NCBI GenBank assembly: GCA_963845755.1
Contig: CAWJTV010000042.1
Coordinates: forward strand, 64,001 to 128,000
DNA: 64,000 bases
Direction of reading: 5' to 3'
DNA from: an uncultured Planctomycetota bacterium
GTDB taxonomy: Bacteria; Planctomycetota; Planctomycetia; Isosphaerales; Isosphaeraceae
In this document: piece by piece, positions 20,701 through 30,875 of the stretch
How the letters are laid out: each line of letters begins with the position of its first letter
Numbering within the stretch: position 1 is the first letter of the stretch
Position numbers and translations under genes: made by a program
The notes under the pieces: model-generated
Told to the model about the DNA's origin: nothing
Seen by the model: only the letters and a program-made list of their open reading frames with translations
Databases searched by the model: none

Positions 20701-21857
20701 ACACCGTGGCCCTGATTCGGCATTGCGACCGAGCCAGTGACATCGGTACCGATCAAGTTCCCCAGGATGGCGTTGCCGCTGCCAATCTCCGGGTTGACCA
20801 GGATCCCATCGCTCAGATTGCCCGAGATCAGGTTGCCGGCTCCCGGGGTAGGTCCACCGATCGTGTTGTCTGCCGCGTTGCTGAAACCGATGAACACGCC
20901 CACCCCGTCGTTGCCGAGCGCAATGGTCCCCGTGGGGTCGGTGCCGATGCGATTGCCCTCCACAACGATGCCGTTCGACGAATCGATCACAACGCCGTCG
21001 AACGTCTGGCCGCCAATCACGTTACCGGCCCCCGCCACAGTCCCTCCAACCGTGTTGCTCGGGGCTAAGGACAGGCTCACGCCATTGCCGTCGGTCGGCA
21101 GAGTCGCGTTGCCGGCGGCGGTCAATCCGACCCAGTTCCCTGCGACCACGTTACCCGATGAGCCATTGATCAGGTAGATATTCTGATTCGTATTACCTGA
21201 TACAATGTTTCGCGCGGCCGGTGTCGTGCCGCCGACCGTATCGCCATTCGATCCATCGACGAGCACGCCCGAGTCCTGGTTCGGCAAAGCGGTCGTACCG
21301 GTCGGATCGGTGCCGAGGAAGTTCCCCGAGATGACGTCGTTGCTCCCGACCGTCAAGCGAATCCCTTCCTGTGCGAACTGGTTGATCGCCAGACCTTGGA
21401 CCGTGCTGCGATTGGCTGTGATGGTCAGGCCGCTGGAAAAGCCCGCGCTGGATCCGCTTAGCTCGATGAGGATGATGGCGTTATCGCCGGTGGTGAGCGT
21501 GTTGGGGCTGGCGCCGGGCTGGCTGGAGCCGTCGATCAGGACGCGATGGGTGATCGTCGGCAGCGCCGAGGTCGGCGCGATCACAAAGGGACCGGTCCCC
21601 GTGATGTCGAAGTCAATGGTATCGAGGCCTTTCGCCTTGTCGGCGTTCACCTGGTTGATCGCCCAGCGCAATGAGCCGAGATTGCCGTCGTCGAGGACGT
21701 CCGTCACCGTAAAAGTGGACAGGAGGACCCGCTCCTCCAGCCGCTCGACCCGCCGAGGACGGGCCGCACGTTTCTGGCGCGTCCTCAGCCGCGCGCGGCC
21801 GAGATGAATCCGGTTGGCGGTCCGCAAGAGACTCCCCAGCGTCGTGGACATCCTCAA
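17745..21857 (-). CDS. Large secreted LEPR-XLL protein with two beta-helix modules and a central Ig-like (Big_9) domain
   Basis: ERLEERVLLS; two FxVT..D.G.GSLR.AI starts; many GN.IGTD.TG / IGG....AGNVISGN repeats; HGSVTLNADGSFTY..GFTGTDSFTY; two SATATDP.GNTSEF. Confidence 0.88.
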   Translation of the reverse strand: MRMSTTLGSLLRTANRIHLGRARLRTRQKRAARPRRVERLEERVLLSTFTVTDVLDDGNLGSLRWAINQVNADKAKGLDTIDFDITGTGPFVIAPTSALPTITHRVLIDGSSQPGASPNTLTTGDNAIILIELSGSSAGFSSGLTITANRSTVQGLAINQFAQEGIRLTVGSNDVISGNFLGTDPTGTTALPNQDSGVLVDGSNGDTVGGTTPAARNIVSGNTNQNIYLINGSSGNVVAGNWVGLTAAGNATLPTDGNGVSLSLAPSNTVGGTVAGAGNVIGGQTFDGVVIDSSNGIVVEGNRIGTDPTGTIALGNDGVGVFIGFSNAADNTIGGPTPGAGNLISGNLSDGILVNPEIGSGNAILGNLIGTDVTGSVAMPNQGHGVHIQGNGVTVGGPLPGAGNVISGNLGDGVFLDGASSNVVQGNFVGTDASGIRPLGNGINGVSATFGFASDLSATNNTIGGTGAGAGNIIAFNSNIGVKIGESSFDSSTGNAILSNSIFANGELGIDLGADGVTPNTPGGVIGAPNNDQPYPGLLDFVNFGTTAAIKGTLAASPSTTYTVQFFGNTTADPSGFGQGQFLLGTTAITTDASGNAAFQFTFPFVPAGVQFASATATDPSGNTSEFAQDVPQFLANPPLAALNDTYLTDINTTLNVAAPGVQINDVVLGGASMTSVLVTNATHGSVTLNADGSFTYQPKTGFTGTDSFTYEDVVAGQTSNIATVTIQVRPKTFFVTNTNDSGPGSLRQAILFANQSNSTPPDTIKFNIPGTGPFIISPLSVLPTITHPTVINGYTQPGASANTLSQGDNAVILIQLSGSLSGFSNGLTIDAGGSTVEGLSFTDFDEAVNLTGGGGDVISGDFIGTDSTGTMPFEGNDLGVMVQNAGNNVIGGTKPADRDVISGNDFGEGIEIGNGSTANRVQGDYIGTDATGLEALGNFYGIVLENAPSTSIGGRTAGAGNVISGNTIDAILSVEDFSTGLGPNDLVIQGNLIGTDETGEVALANGGNGVDLEGGANATIGGANSGAGNVISGNSSYGIALFSPVSGVLVQGNLIGTDATGTTALGNSIDGVEVFASGITIGGRTAGSRNMISSNAQGGIALLSSGNLVQGNFIGTDQTGANALGNTGDGVVVNGFQSADNTIGGTAKGAGNVIEFNSGVGVDVLDPFSTNNVGNSILSNLIYSNAKLGIDLGGDGVTPNHTGGLIPGPNGFENFPVLTSAVSSSPSTVINGSLNAAASETFTIQFFANPTADSSGFGQGQIFLGSISVKTDSSGNTTFKATFKVAFSPGLFVSATATDPNGNTSEFSQDIALTLSTPAAVSPPTHSTAISSVDSALADPLTSNVDETALIVLAAEVAHTRSKPSQASV

Positions 21858-22457
21858 GACCTCCCTAGGTGCCTATGTCGTCTCCAACCTCCAACGACTC
21901 GTGAACGTATCACCCGTAGGTGTCAATCGTGATCCGTCTCGCAGACCCTGGCGATGGCCGCCGCGATCGGTACGGTCTCTCCGCGCTCGACGCGCAGGAA
22001 TTCCTTACGATCGCGAAGGCATGTACTAATCATGGTCTTGTAAATCTATAAATTTTGTATGAATTTGGATTCCGAGTCGATGACGACACCCCAGGCATCC
22101 AACCGCCGATTTCGTGGGCTGAGGCCTGGTCACGCGTCACCGAGGTCGTGCTCGCGCTGGAAAACCTTGGACCGGCTTCTTAGAAGTGCATCGGATTCAG
22201 AGAATCGTTAAAAAACCTATGTGAAGACTGATTTGTTTTTGCTGTATGCATGTTGCAATGCCGTTGTAGACCGGAAGTATGGTGTCCAGTTGGGAGTGCT
22301 TCCCTGGCCCGGAGTCGGTGCATGCGTATTGTGTCCATTCGATCCTCGAGCAGCATGCAAGACATCATGGACCGTCCCGGTCTCGCAGCGCGCGAAGTCC
22401 GATTCTTCATCAGTCACGGGTCGCGGCAGATTGCGCCGGGGACACCAAATTTTTTTC

Positions 22458-22770
22458 GGTTCTTCGCGGAATCGTGTGGGTGATTTTAACGGCCTCGGAG
22501 CCATGCAACCGCCGGCCACAAGAGCAGATGGCCCCGTTCATTCACGAGTCGTCGGCACGATCCACCGGCCCTGAGCGGCCAATCTGGAGAGAACGATCTT
22601 GTTGCTGTTGTTAGATCCTCTCAAGCAACAACAACATGATTCTCGTTCTCCTCGAGTGGTCGAGATCGTGACAAGTTTGCAACGACGTCGAACGTGCGAT
22701 TCGCCCTGAAAAACAGGGCCTTTCGAGCTTGTCGCGGCACGATGTTACCCACACGATTCTGCGAAGAGCC
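22458..22770. mobile_element. Non-autonomous MITE-like element with ISL3-type terminal inverted repeats (313 bp)
   Basis: Left GGTTCTTCGCGGAATCGTGTGGGT; right (reverse complement) GGCTCTTCGCAGAATCGTGTGGGT, 22/24 match; no transposase; right end abuts a truncated PIN gene. Confidence 0.75.
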
Positions 22771-23038
22771 ACTTTTCCATCAGTTCAACCATGCGGGCGA
22801 CTTCGTCGGCCGTGAGATCGATGAGCATCAATCGCCCGTCGGCTCGCCAGCGCCACAGCGCGGCTTGCCCGTCATGGCCGGCTGCTCGATGGAGCAGGTA
22901 CATGGCTTCGGTCAAGCACGGCCAGGTTGTCACGAGCGGCTTCCGCGGCAGAAGCCGGCCCCCGGTCAGGCATCGCTTGTGGTCCCGGTCATTGCGGTTG
23001 ATGAGGACCACAAATGGACCGGTATCGGTCAACGTCGC
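22771..23038 (-). pseudogene. Truncated PIN/VapC toxin copy (paralog of 25271..25682)
   Basis: LTDTGPFV..LVTTWPCLTEAMYLL; start GTG replaced by GCG; 3' part cut by the MITE; no antitoxin. Confidence 0.85.
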
Positions 23039-23057
23039 GGGTCCAAGTAACACTGGC

Positions 23058-23545
23058 TCAGGACCCGTCGTCGCTCTCCGGGACGATCTCTTGAGCGGCG
23101 ATCTCGCGCCAGGCCTCGATCACCGGATCCGGCGCGCCCGAAGCTCGCAGGCGATCCGCGACGGGCCCGTCAGCAGCCTTGAGCTCGGGGAAGGTCAGGA
23201 GGAGGCGCCGGATGTCGGTCAAATCCGTGGGTCCCTTGGCAGATCTGGAACGATGGACCATGCTCTGCACCTTCTGGCTGATCAACTCCGCGGGCGGGAC
23301 CACCAGAATTTCCTCGACTACCTGATGAGGAGGGAGGCGATCGACCAGGCGAACATCCACGAGATGGCGGTTTTGAGGCTCGCGAACCTGGTATAAGCGA
23401 TGGCCGAGTCCATTCGCCACGGTCGGAACGCGTACCGCGATGTGAAAGCGTTTCGAGAGGTGGGACCGCAATTCCTCGGCCAGTTCCACGGCCCTCGGGG
23501 AGAAGATATCGACGTCTTGTGTCATCCGCGGCTCATCGACTAGTC
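23058..23545 (-). pseudogene. 5'-truncated nucleotidyltransferase-fold (AbiEii-like) protein
   Basis: VDEPRMTQDVDI DxD motif at the very start, ELISQKV, KGPTDLTDIRRL; the upstream N-terminal part is missing. Confidence 0.55.
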
Positions 23546-23745
23546 CTTGTCGGCGTTCGGGTGGAGGGCAATATCATCCGGGCGCCGCCGTGGTGTGGTT
23601 CCTCCGCCCGGTGACGTAGGCGGTATGGCCCACGAGCCGGTTGCCTCTGGTCAGCGCTCCCCTCGCACCGAGCCCGAGATACAATGGTCGGGCCCGACCA
23701 GCGCAGGCGCCGCCATTCGCCCCGGCCCGCGGAGCATCCCCGCCC

Positions 23746-25189
23746 ATGACGACTTCACCCGAGGATCCCGCCGACCTGGAGCTGCCGCCCGAAGTGATGC
23801 GGACCATGGGCCGTGACGTGCTGGAACGGGTCGTCGCCCATCTCGCCTCCCTCTCCGACCAGCCCGCCCGCGGCGACACCCGGGCCGAGGACCTGTGCCG
23901 GGCATTGCGCGAGCCGCCGCCCGAGCAGGGGGCCGCCTTCGAGCCGATGCTGGACTCGCTGTTCCGCGACTGGATTCCCCGCTCGTTCAACTCGGCCGGC
24001 CCCGGCTACCTGGCCTATATCCCCGGCGGCGGCCTCTTCACCGCCGCGCTGGCCGACCTGATCGCCGACGCCACCAACCGCTACACCGGCGTCTGGCGGG
24101 CTGCGCCGGCTCTGGTCCAGCTCGAGGCCAACGTCCTGGACTGGTTCCGCGAATGGATGGGCTTCCCGCCCGGGACCCGCGGCCTGCTCACCACCGGCGG
24201 CTCGATGTCCATCTTCAACGCCGTCCTGTGCGCCCGCGAGCGGTTGCTGGGCCCAGAGATCCGGGCGGGGCGCTCTACATGTCGACCCAGGCCCATGCCT
24301 CGGTCCTCAAATCGGCCCGGATGGCGGGGATCCTGCCCGATCGCGTCCGGCCGATTCCGGCCGACGATCAGTTCCGGATGCGTACCGACGCCTTGGTCGC
24401 ACAGATCAGCCAGGACCGCCGCTCGGGGCTGCGGCCGTTCCTGGTCGTCTCGACGGCCGGCACGACCAACACCGGGGCCGTGGATCCACTGGAGGCGATC
24501 GCCGACGTGTGCGCCCGCGAAGGGCTGTGGCATCACGTTCGAACGGGGCTTACGGCGCCTTCTTCCACCTGGTCGAGGAACTCCGCCCACTCCTGGCCGG
24601 GCTGCCGCGGGCCGATTCGTTGACGCTCGATCCGCACAAGGGTCTGTTCCTGCCCTACGGCACCGGGGCGCTACTGGTCCGCGATGGCTCGGCCCTCCGC
24701 GCCGTGCACGGGATGCAGGCCGGCTACCTGCCGCCGGCGGCCGACGAGGAGTTTTACGACCCGGCCCAGCACGGCCCGGACTTGTCGCGGGGCTTCCCGG
24801 GCCTGCGGGTGTGGCTGACGATCAAGACGCTCGGCGTGGCCCGGTTGCGGGCGGCGATCGCCGAGAAGAGGGCGCTGGCCGTCGCGGCGGCCGAGCGACT
24901 GGTGCGCCAGCCGGGGATCTCCCTGGTGGCCCCGCCCCAACTCTCGCTGCTGGCCTTCCAGCTCCAGCCGGTCGGCGCCTCGGCGGCCATGCGAGACGAG
25001 GCGACCCGCCGGCTGCTGGAGCGGGTCAATGCCCGGGGCCAGGTGATGCTGACCGGCTGCACGGTCAACGGGCGATTCCTGGCCCGGGTCTGTGTCCTGA
25101 GCTTCCGTACGCGCCGCCGGCATGTCGAGGCCGCTATGGAGCAGATCACCGAGGAGGCAGCCGGACTTCTGACCGAGGGGGTGGGATGA
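23746..25189 (+). CDS. Group II PLP-dependent (aromatic L-amino acid-type) decarboxylase, two frameshifts
   Basis: GYLAYIPGGG, LTTGGSMS, QAHASVLK, TAGTTNTGAVDPL, ADSLTLDPHKGLFLPYGTG, RVCVLSFRT across three frames. Confidence 0.88.
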
Positions 25190-25270
25190 AGCTGGGATGC
25201 CCGGCGCGGCGGCCGATCCCCACAGATCCTGAGAAGGCAGCGTGTCACCAATCGGCTCAGGAGCGTCGTG

Positions 25271-25682
25271 TCACGGCACCGGCTGCGGGGCGGTTCCGTC
25301 GAAGAGGCGATCGATATGGAAATCCTTGTCGAGCGTGAGTATCCGCTTCTCGCCGAGTCGCTCAGCCGCCACGATGAGCGAGGCATCGGCCATGTCCATG
25401 GGACGGTCCTTGTACTTTTCCATCAGTTCAACCATGCGGTCAACTTCGTCGGCCGTGAGATCGATGAGCATCAATCGCCCGTCGGCTCGCCAGCGCCACA
25501 GCGCGGCTTGCCCGTCATGGCCGGCTGCTCGATGGAGCAGGTACATGGCTTCGGTCAAGCACGGCCAAGTCGTCACGAGCGGCTCTCGCGGCAGAAGTCG
25601 GGCCGCCGTCAGGCATCGCACGTGGTTCGGGTCATTGCGGTTGAGGAGGGCTACAAAGGGGGCCGGTGTCGGTCAACGTCAC
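25271..25682 (-). CDS. PIN-domain (VapC-like) toxin, frameshift in G-run near 25660
   Basis: LTDTGP, TWPCLTEAMYLL, PMDMADASLIVAAE, ILTLDKDF; GTGA overlap with antitoxin. Confidence 0.87.
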
Positions 25683-25957
25683 GGGTTCTCTCGCATGGTC
25701 TCTTCCACCAACCCCTGCGCGAATTGCTCGCCACAGCGCTCGGAAAGCGGCTCGGCCGAACCCTCCACAAGGCCGATATACCCGGTCAAGAAATCGGCCA
25801 GGTTCGGCTTCGGCGGCTTCTCGGAAGGCGAAGCCACGGACGGACCGAATCGCAGTCGAAGCGTGTCGAGGGCGAGACGTTCCGGCGTCGTTCCTTGTCG
25901 GCGTGCCTCCTCCGCGAGCGGACCCTCGAAGTCGGCGGGGAGTGTAATGGTCGTCAT
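25679..25957 (-). CDS. Antitoxin (RHH-like N-terminus)
   Basis: TITLPADFEGPLAEEARRQGTTPERLA; GAGGAGG RBS; overlaps toxin start. Confidence 0.8.
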   Translation of the reverse strand: MTTITLPADFEGPLAEEARRQGTTPERLALDTLRLRFGPSVASPSEKPPKPNLADFLTGYIGLVEGSAEPLSERCGEQFAQGLVEETMRENP

Positions 25958-26168
25958 TGGTCCCTCCTCACGGGATTGTATCGCAGGAGCGTGTTCTCAT
26001 CCATCCCGGCTACCGGAGCCAACCCATGAACAAGGCCAGGTCGATCTAACCTTCCATCTGGTCAACCCGTAAGGCACCTGTCCCGATGAGAGGGGCCGGT
26101 TCGATCGAAGCGAACGCCGGCTTGGGAATGGGACGAGAATCACTCTCTGGTTTCGGCCGACGGCCACC

Positions 26169-26936
26169 TCAGGGATTCGCGTTCTTTGCCTGTTGGTGTT
26201 GACTGGCCGCGTGTTCCAGCGCCCAACGGGTCTTGGCTTGCTGGCCGTCGTCCCGCTCGGCCCCAACCTCCGCAAGGAAGGCCATGAAACCGGCGGTAGC
26301 CGCAGCCGCCTGAACGACGGGCGTCTTGATCGATACTTCAAACATTCGGGCGCCATCCTCGCGCTGCCACAGTTCTCCCGTGATGGGCCAGGGCAGACCC
26401 GGATCCCTGTACTTCCATCGCCAGGCACGCATCGGTCCCATCACAACGACGCTCGAATAATCGAGTTTCTTGCTCGCCAGGCTGAGCAGGAAGAGCAATT
26501 GCTCTTCCGTGAACAGGCTGGCGACCGGTTCATTCCCGGCGGCGACCCGCTTGATCATCCCCTTGGCCACGGGCATGGTCAGTGACGCCGATTTGACCAC
26601 GCCCTTCTCACTGGAGTCGGCCTCGATCTTGAAACCGCTGTACTTTCGCCACATTGCCGGCACGGAATCCGGTTCCACCGGCCGAAACTTGATCGTGCTG
26701 TCGTGCTCGGCTCCGACAAGGCGCCGGGCCCTGGCGATGATTCCCGTCGCGAACAGTTCCAGGTCCGGCGTATCGAAGAAATAGATGTATCGCTCGTTCT
26801 GATCGTTCAGAGTGAGGCCATAGATCTGGAGCGCCGCCTCAATCTGTTTTTGGGGAATGGTGGCCTTGATCTCGACGCCCGCCGTGCCGGCCATGATCCT
26901 CGCGACCCGCCCTCGTGCTTCGGTTTCACTCGCCAT
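26169..26936 (-). CDS. CYTH/triphosphate tunnel metalloenzyme-like protein
   Basis: GVEIK, IYFFDTPDLEL, IARARR, STIKFRP, FEVSIK motifs. Confidence 0.65.
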   Translation of the reverse strand: MASETEARGRVARIMAGTAGVEIKATIPQKQIEAALQIYGLTLNDQNERYIYFFDTPDLELFATGIIARARRLVGAEHDSTIKFRPVEPDSVPAMWRKYSGFKIEADSSEKGVVKSASLTMPVAKGMIKRVAAGNEPVASLFTEEQLLFLLSLASKKLDYSSVVVMGPMRAWRWKYRDPGLPWPITGELWQREDGARMFEVSIKTPVVQAAAATAGFMAFLAEVGAERDDGQQAKTRWALEHAASQHQQAKNANP

Positions 26937-27141
26937 TGGTCTCGCCTTTCCACAAGCCGCTACGGTTGCGTCCGGACTCTGCATTCTGCGAATGTCGCGG
27001 CAGAGGACGCCCCGGGACCCCTTTCTAACCTACTTGCGTCGGATCGAGGATTGAAGAGCGCTCTCAAGAAACTGGACTGTGCATTCGACCTACCATTCGT
27101 GACGACTTGTTGCCGGATCCTCCGGCCGGGGGAAGACGTGA

Positions 27142-27261
27142 GAGTCTGTTCCGGTACGTCGAGCGGGGGGCGTCAGCCCCCTGTCTTGGAGGGCCGTCGC
27201 TCACCGGACAGGGGGCTGACGTGCCCCGCTCGCCCGGACCTGCCCCTTCGGGGACAAACTC
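27142..27261 (+). mobile_element. MITE carrying a REP-like hairpin, copy 1 (120 bp, TGA target duplication)
   Basis: Ends GAGTCTGTTC...GGACAAACTC, TGA on both flanks; internal GAGCGGGGGGCGTCAGCCCCCTG / CAGGGGGCTGACGTGCCCCGCTC. Confidence 0.8.
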
Positions 27262-27298
27262 TGAGACCAAAACGCGGCTCGAAACCCCCGCGCGTCGT

Positions 27299-29461
27299 TC
27301 AAATGGATAGCGAGTGATCCTTGATCTGCTTGCAGGCCGCTTCTGCCTGCTTGCGAACCTCGGCGCTGGGATCGTCGCGCATTCGCTCCAGGGCAGGTAT
27401 GGCGTCTCGGGCATTCTTGCCCGCGAGCCCCAGGAACTTGATCGCCAGCAGGCGCACGGAATCTTGCTTGTGGTCGAGGAGCTTGACGAGTTCGGGCAGC
27501 GACCGCGCGTCCGGGCCGGTTCGCTCGAACCGGCGGAGCAGTCTCTGGAGCGTGCGGAGATTTTCCTTCTTCTCGGCCAGTGAGATGATATCCGGGAGGA
27601 AGAGGGCCGCCTGGGGGCCGAATCGCTGGATGGCCCTCGTGGCAGCCCGTCGCACCTCGGTCGAGTCGTCCCGGAGCGCCCTGGCGATATGAGGTCTGAC
27701 GACTTCCGCTTCGAGATCCAGGCTTCCCAGCGTCGATGTTGCGGCTTCCCGGACTTCGGCTTGCTTGGCTCCGAGGAGCGCCGTCAACCGGCCAAATGCC
27801 GGTTTTGCCGCGGTTCCCAGACTTCCCAACGTTTTCGCGGCGATCGTCTGAAGTTTCGGCGAGGGATCGTCCAGCAAAGCCGTCAGAGCCGGAACGGCCG
27901 CGGCCGCAGCCGGGCCGTGGCTCCCGATCAACTCCGCAGCCGCCAGTCGCACATCCGGGTCCGGACTGTTCAACTTCTCGATCGCAACCGGCAGCGCCTT
28001 TCGACCCGGTGGGCCCAGGGCACGAATCGTCTCCATCGCATGTCGCTGAACCTGAGCCTCAGGATCGTTGAGCAAGCCCGTGAGATCGCCAAGCAGTCGG
28101 TCGTCGCGTGGTGCCGATTGAAAGAGGATGCCGATGGCCTGGATGCGAATTCCCGCGGATTCGTCCTTGAGCATGACACGCACGGCCGGCACGCATTCGT
28201 TCGCGCGCGGACCGAGATGACCGATCGCGGTGAGGAAGGCGGCTTTGACATGGCGGTCGGAGTCGTTCAGCCCGGCCGATAGCTTTTGCGCGGTACCGGT
28301 AGCCAGGGGGCGAATCCGCCCGAGCGCCAGGGCCGCGCCCTGTCGGACGCGAGGCTCCGGATCCTTGATCGCCTGCGTGAGTAACCCGACCACGGGCCGG
28401 CCGATCTGTGCGAGTGCTTCGGAAATTGGATCGATGCGGCTCGTTTTCCGCCGTACGGCATCGAGCAATCGTGGGGCGGCTTCCGGGCCCATCCTGCCCA
28501 GCAGGAACGCCGCGTGGCGCGCGATTCCGTCGTTCTCCGCCGTCAGGAGCGCCTCGAGGTCCGACGCCAAGGGTGGGAGCAACTTGCGACGCGCGACGAG
28601 CAGGTTGACCACGGCCAGCCGGACGCGCTCGTCCTCCTGTCGGAGGTTTTCTTTGAGGACCGGCAGCATGGCATCATCGGGCACGGCGAATCGTGCTAGC
28701 GATTTCAATGCGGCCGTCCGGACCTCCGGTGCTCCATCGTGCGCACCATGGAGCACCGCCTGATGGACCCGTTCGTTCGGCGCCGGGAGATACCCCAGGC
28801 TCTCGACGGCCCCCGCGCGAATGATGACGTCTTTATTCGCGGTCGCGACGATCAAGGGATCGGCTGCCGATGTGCCGATTCGCCCGAGCGCGAGCGAAGC
28901 TTCCCGGCGGATCCGCTCCGTCTTGTCGCCGAGCAACGGGATCAGGTCGGGAATGGCGGCTTCTGCGTCCGGGCCGATGCGCCCCAGGCCCATGATGACT
29001 TCCGCGCGGACACTCTCCTTTCGCTCCTTCAGCAGGCCGCGCAATCCCTCGACGGCCGGCTTGCCGATGGCCGCCAGCGCCAGGGCCGAACGGTAATCCT
29101 GATGTGCCTTTTCCTGGCGGTTGCCCCCTATGGTGGTGCGCAACGTCTGAACGAGCGCGGGGACCGCCGGCGCGGCATCGTGGCCGAGAGCGGTCATTAC
29201 GTCGAGCACGGCCAACCGGACCTGACCGTCCCTTTCTTTGGTCAGCAGCTCGCTCATCACGGGCAACGCCCTGCGTTGCACGTTCCGGTCGGCCAGACGA
29301 AGCGCGGTCGCCGCAGATCGGCGAAGGTCGACCTTGTTGGCCCGCAGATTCGCGATCAGCGATTCCGTAGAATCCGGCCTGTCCTGGGCGATCGTGCAAG
29401 TGGCCGGCGATCCGAAGACGGCAACCGCCAGGAGTGCCCGATTCAGGTGACGAATCCACAC
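27299..29461 (-). CDS. Secreted HEAT-repeat protein
   Basis: Signal peptide then many HEAT repeats (VR..AA..LG..G..A..AVP.L). Confidence 0.9.
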   Translation of the reverse strand: MWIRHLNRALLAVAVFGSPATCTIAQDRPDSTESLIANLRANKVDLRRSAATALRLADRNVQRRALPVMSELLTKERDGQVRLAVLDVMTALGHDAAPAVPALVQTLRTTIGGNRQEKAHQDYRSALALAAIGKPAVEGLRGLLKERKESVRAEVIMGLGRIGPDAEAAIPDLIPLLGDKTERIRREASLALGRIGTSAADPLIVATANKDVIIRAGAVESLGYLPAPNERVHQAVLHGAHDGAPEVRTAALKSLARFAVPDDAMLPVLKENLRQEDERVRLAVVNLLVARRKLLPPLASDLEALLTAENDGIARHAAFLLGRMGPEAAPRLLDAVRRKTSRIDPISEALAQIGRPVVGLLTQAIKDPEPRVRQGAALALGRIRPLATGTAQKLSAGLNDSDRHVKAAFLTAIGHLGPRANECVPAVRVMLKDESAGIRIQAIGILFQSAPRDDRLLGDLTGLLNDPEAQVQRHAMETIRALGPPGRKALPVAIEKLNSPDPDVRLAAAELIGSHGPAAAAAVPALTALLDDPSPKLQTIAAKTLGSLGTAAKPAFGRLTALLGAKQAEVREAATSTLGSLDLEAEVVRPHIARALRDDSTEVRRAATRAIQRFGPQAALFLPDIISLAEKKENLRTLQRLLRRFERTGPDARSLPELVKLLDHKQDSVRLLAIKFLGLAGKNARDAIPALERMRDDPSAEVRKQAEAACKQIKDHSLSI

Positions 29462-29496
29462 GGTGATACCCCTTCAGGATGCGTAAAATCGAACCA

Positions 29497-30833
29497 TCAC
29501 GCCAACAGTCCCGGCAGGGGCTCGGTGCTGTCGCCGAAGCGATCTACGGGGACGCCGGCCTGTCGCAAAATGGCCAGTAGCAAGTTGGACATCGGCGTCT
29601 CGGGGCGGCACTTCTGATGTTGTCCCGATCGCAGGGTGCCTCCGCCCTTACCCACCACGATGACCGGGAGGTTGATGTGGTCGTGACGGTCGCCGTCGCT
29701 GATGCCGCTGCCGTAGAGCACCATGGAATTGTCGAGCAGCGTCGTACCGCCGGCCTCCTCGACGTTCATCATCTTTTCGATCATGTATGCCAGGATCTCG
29801 ATATGGTAACGGTCGATCTCTCGGAGCTTGCGATTCTTCTCGGCGTCGTTGGCGTGGTGAGAACATTCGTGGTGGCCGTCGGTGAAGCCCAGCCAGGGAT
29901 AGTTCCGGTCGGTGGCTTCCTTGGTGACCATGAAGCTGGAAGCCCGGGTGCTGTCGGTCTGGAAGGCCAGCACCATCAGGTCGCACATCAGGCGCAGGTG
30001 CTCGTCGAAGTCTTCCGGGATCCCCGCGGGCCTCTGGAAGTCGGTCCCAGGAACCTCGACCGTGGCCGTGGCGTGCTGAATGCGCCGTTCCACCTCGCGG
30101 ACACCGGTCAGGTACTGATCCAGCTTGCGCTGATCGGTCCTGGCCACGCGACTTCGAAGGCGATTGGCGTCGTCGAGTACGTAGTCGAGCATGCTCTTGC
30201 GGTAGAAGTCACGATCGGCGACCGTGGACTGCGTCAGGCTTTGGCTTCCCTGGGTGAACAGGCGATCGAAGACGATCTTCGGATTCAGCTCGTACGGTGC
30301 GGGCGAGGTCGGTGTTCGCCAGGAGATGTGCGTCTTGTAGGTCCCGCTGTAACCGAAGGCATTGCCCGATCGCGCGGACTCGCAGCCCAGCTCGAGGCTG
30401 GGAAACCGGGTGTCATTTCCGACGTGTCGCGCATAGAGCTGGTCGATGGAGACGCCGACGCGGACGGCGTCCTGCGTCTTGTACGCCTGGGCACCTGTTA
30501 GAAAACTTGCGGAGCCCTGACCGTGGCCGCAACCCTCGTCGTCGCCGTTGGTCAGCGCCGTGTTGTGCGTCAGACCATGGAAGCAGTTGAGGTACTCGCG
30601 GGCGAAGGAAAGGGGCCGGAGCGTCTCGGGCAAGTCGACCAGCGCCCCTCCTGCGCCGGGAACCAGGTCGGCAGATGCACGCCGTTCGGCACGTACCAGA
30701 AGCACATCCGGACCGGCGGCCTGGACGACTTCGTGGCCGCACGGGCGACGGCCGGCAGACTCTCCAACCACGGGAGTGCCAGGGCGGCTCCCATGCCGCG
30801 GAGCAGGGTACGGCGGGTCACGTGAGTCGTCAT
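29497..30833 (-). CDS. DUF1552 (HXXSHH) protein with Tat signal, frameshift near 30650
   Basis: TRRTLLRGMGAALALPWLES, YVPNG, TRFPSLELG, LAFQTDSTR, HHECSHH, TLLDNSMVLYGSGISDGDRH. Confidence 0.92.
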
Positions 30834-30875
30834 CTCAGCTTTCCCCGATCACATAAGAAGTTTGGCGGAGCACGA

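Noticed and set aside
21860..22457. Riboswitch (c-di-GMP, c-di-AMP, TPP, cobalamin) upstream of the large secreted gene
   Set aside because: Some hairpins are present but no conserved aptamer core found on either strand
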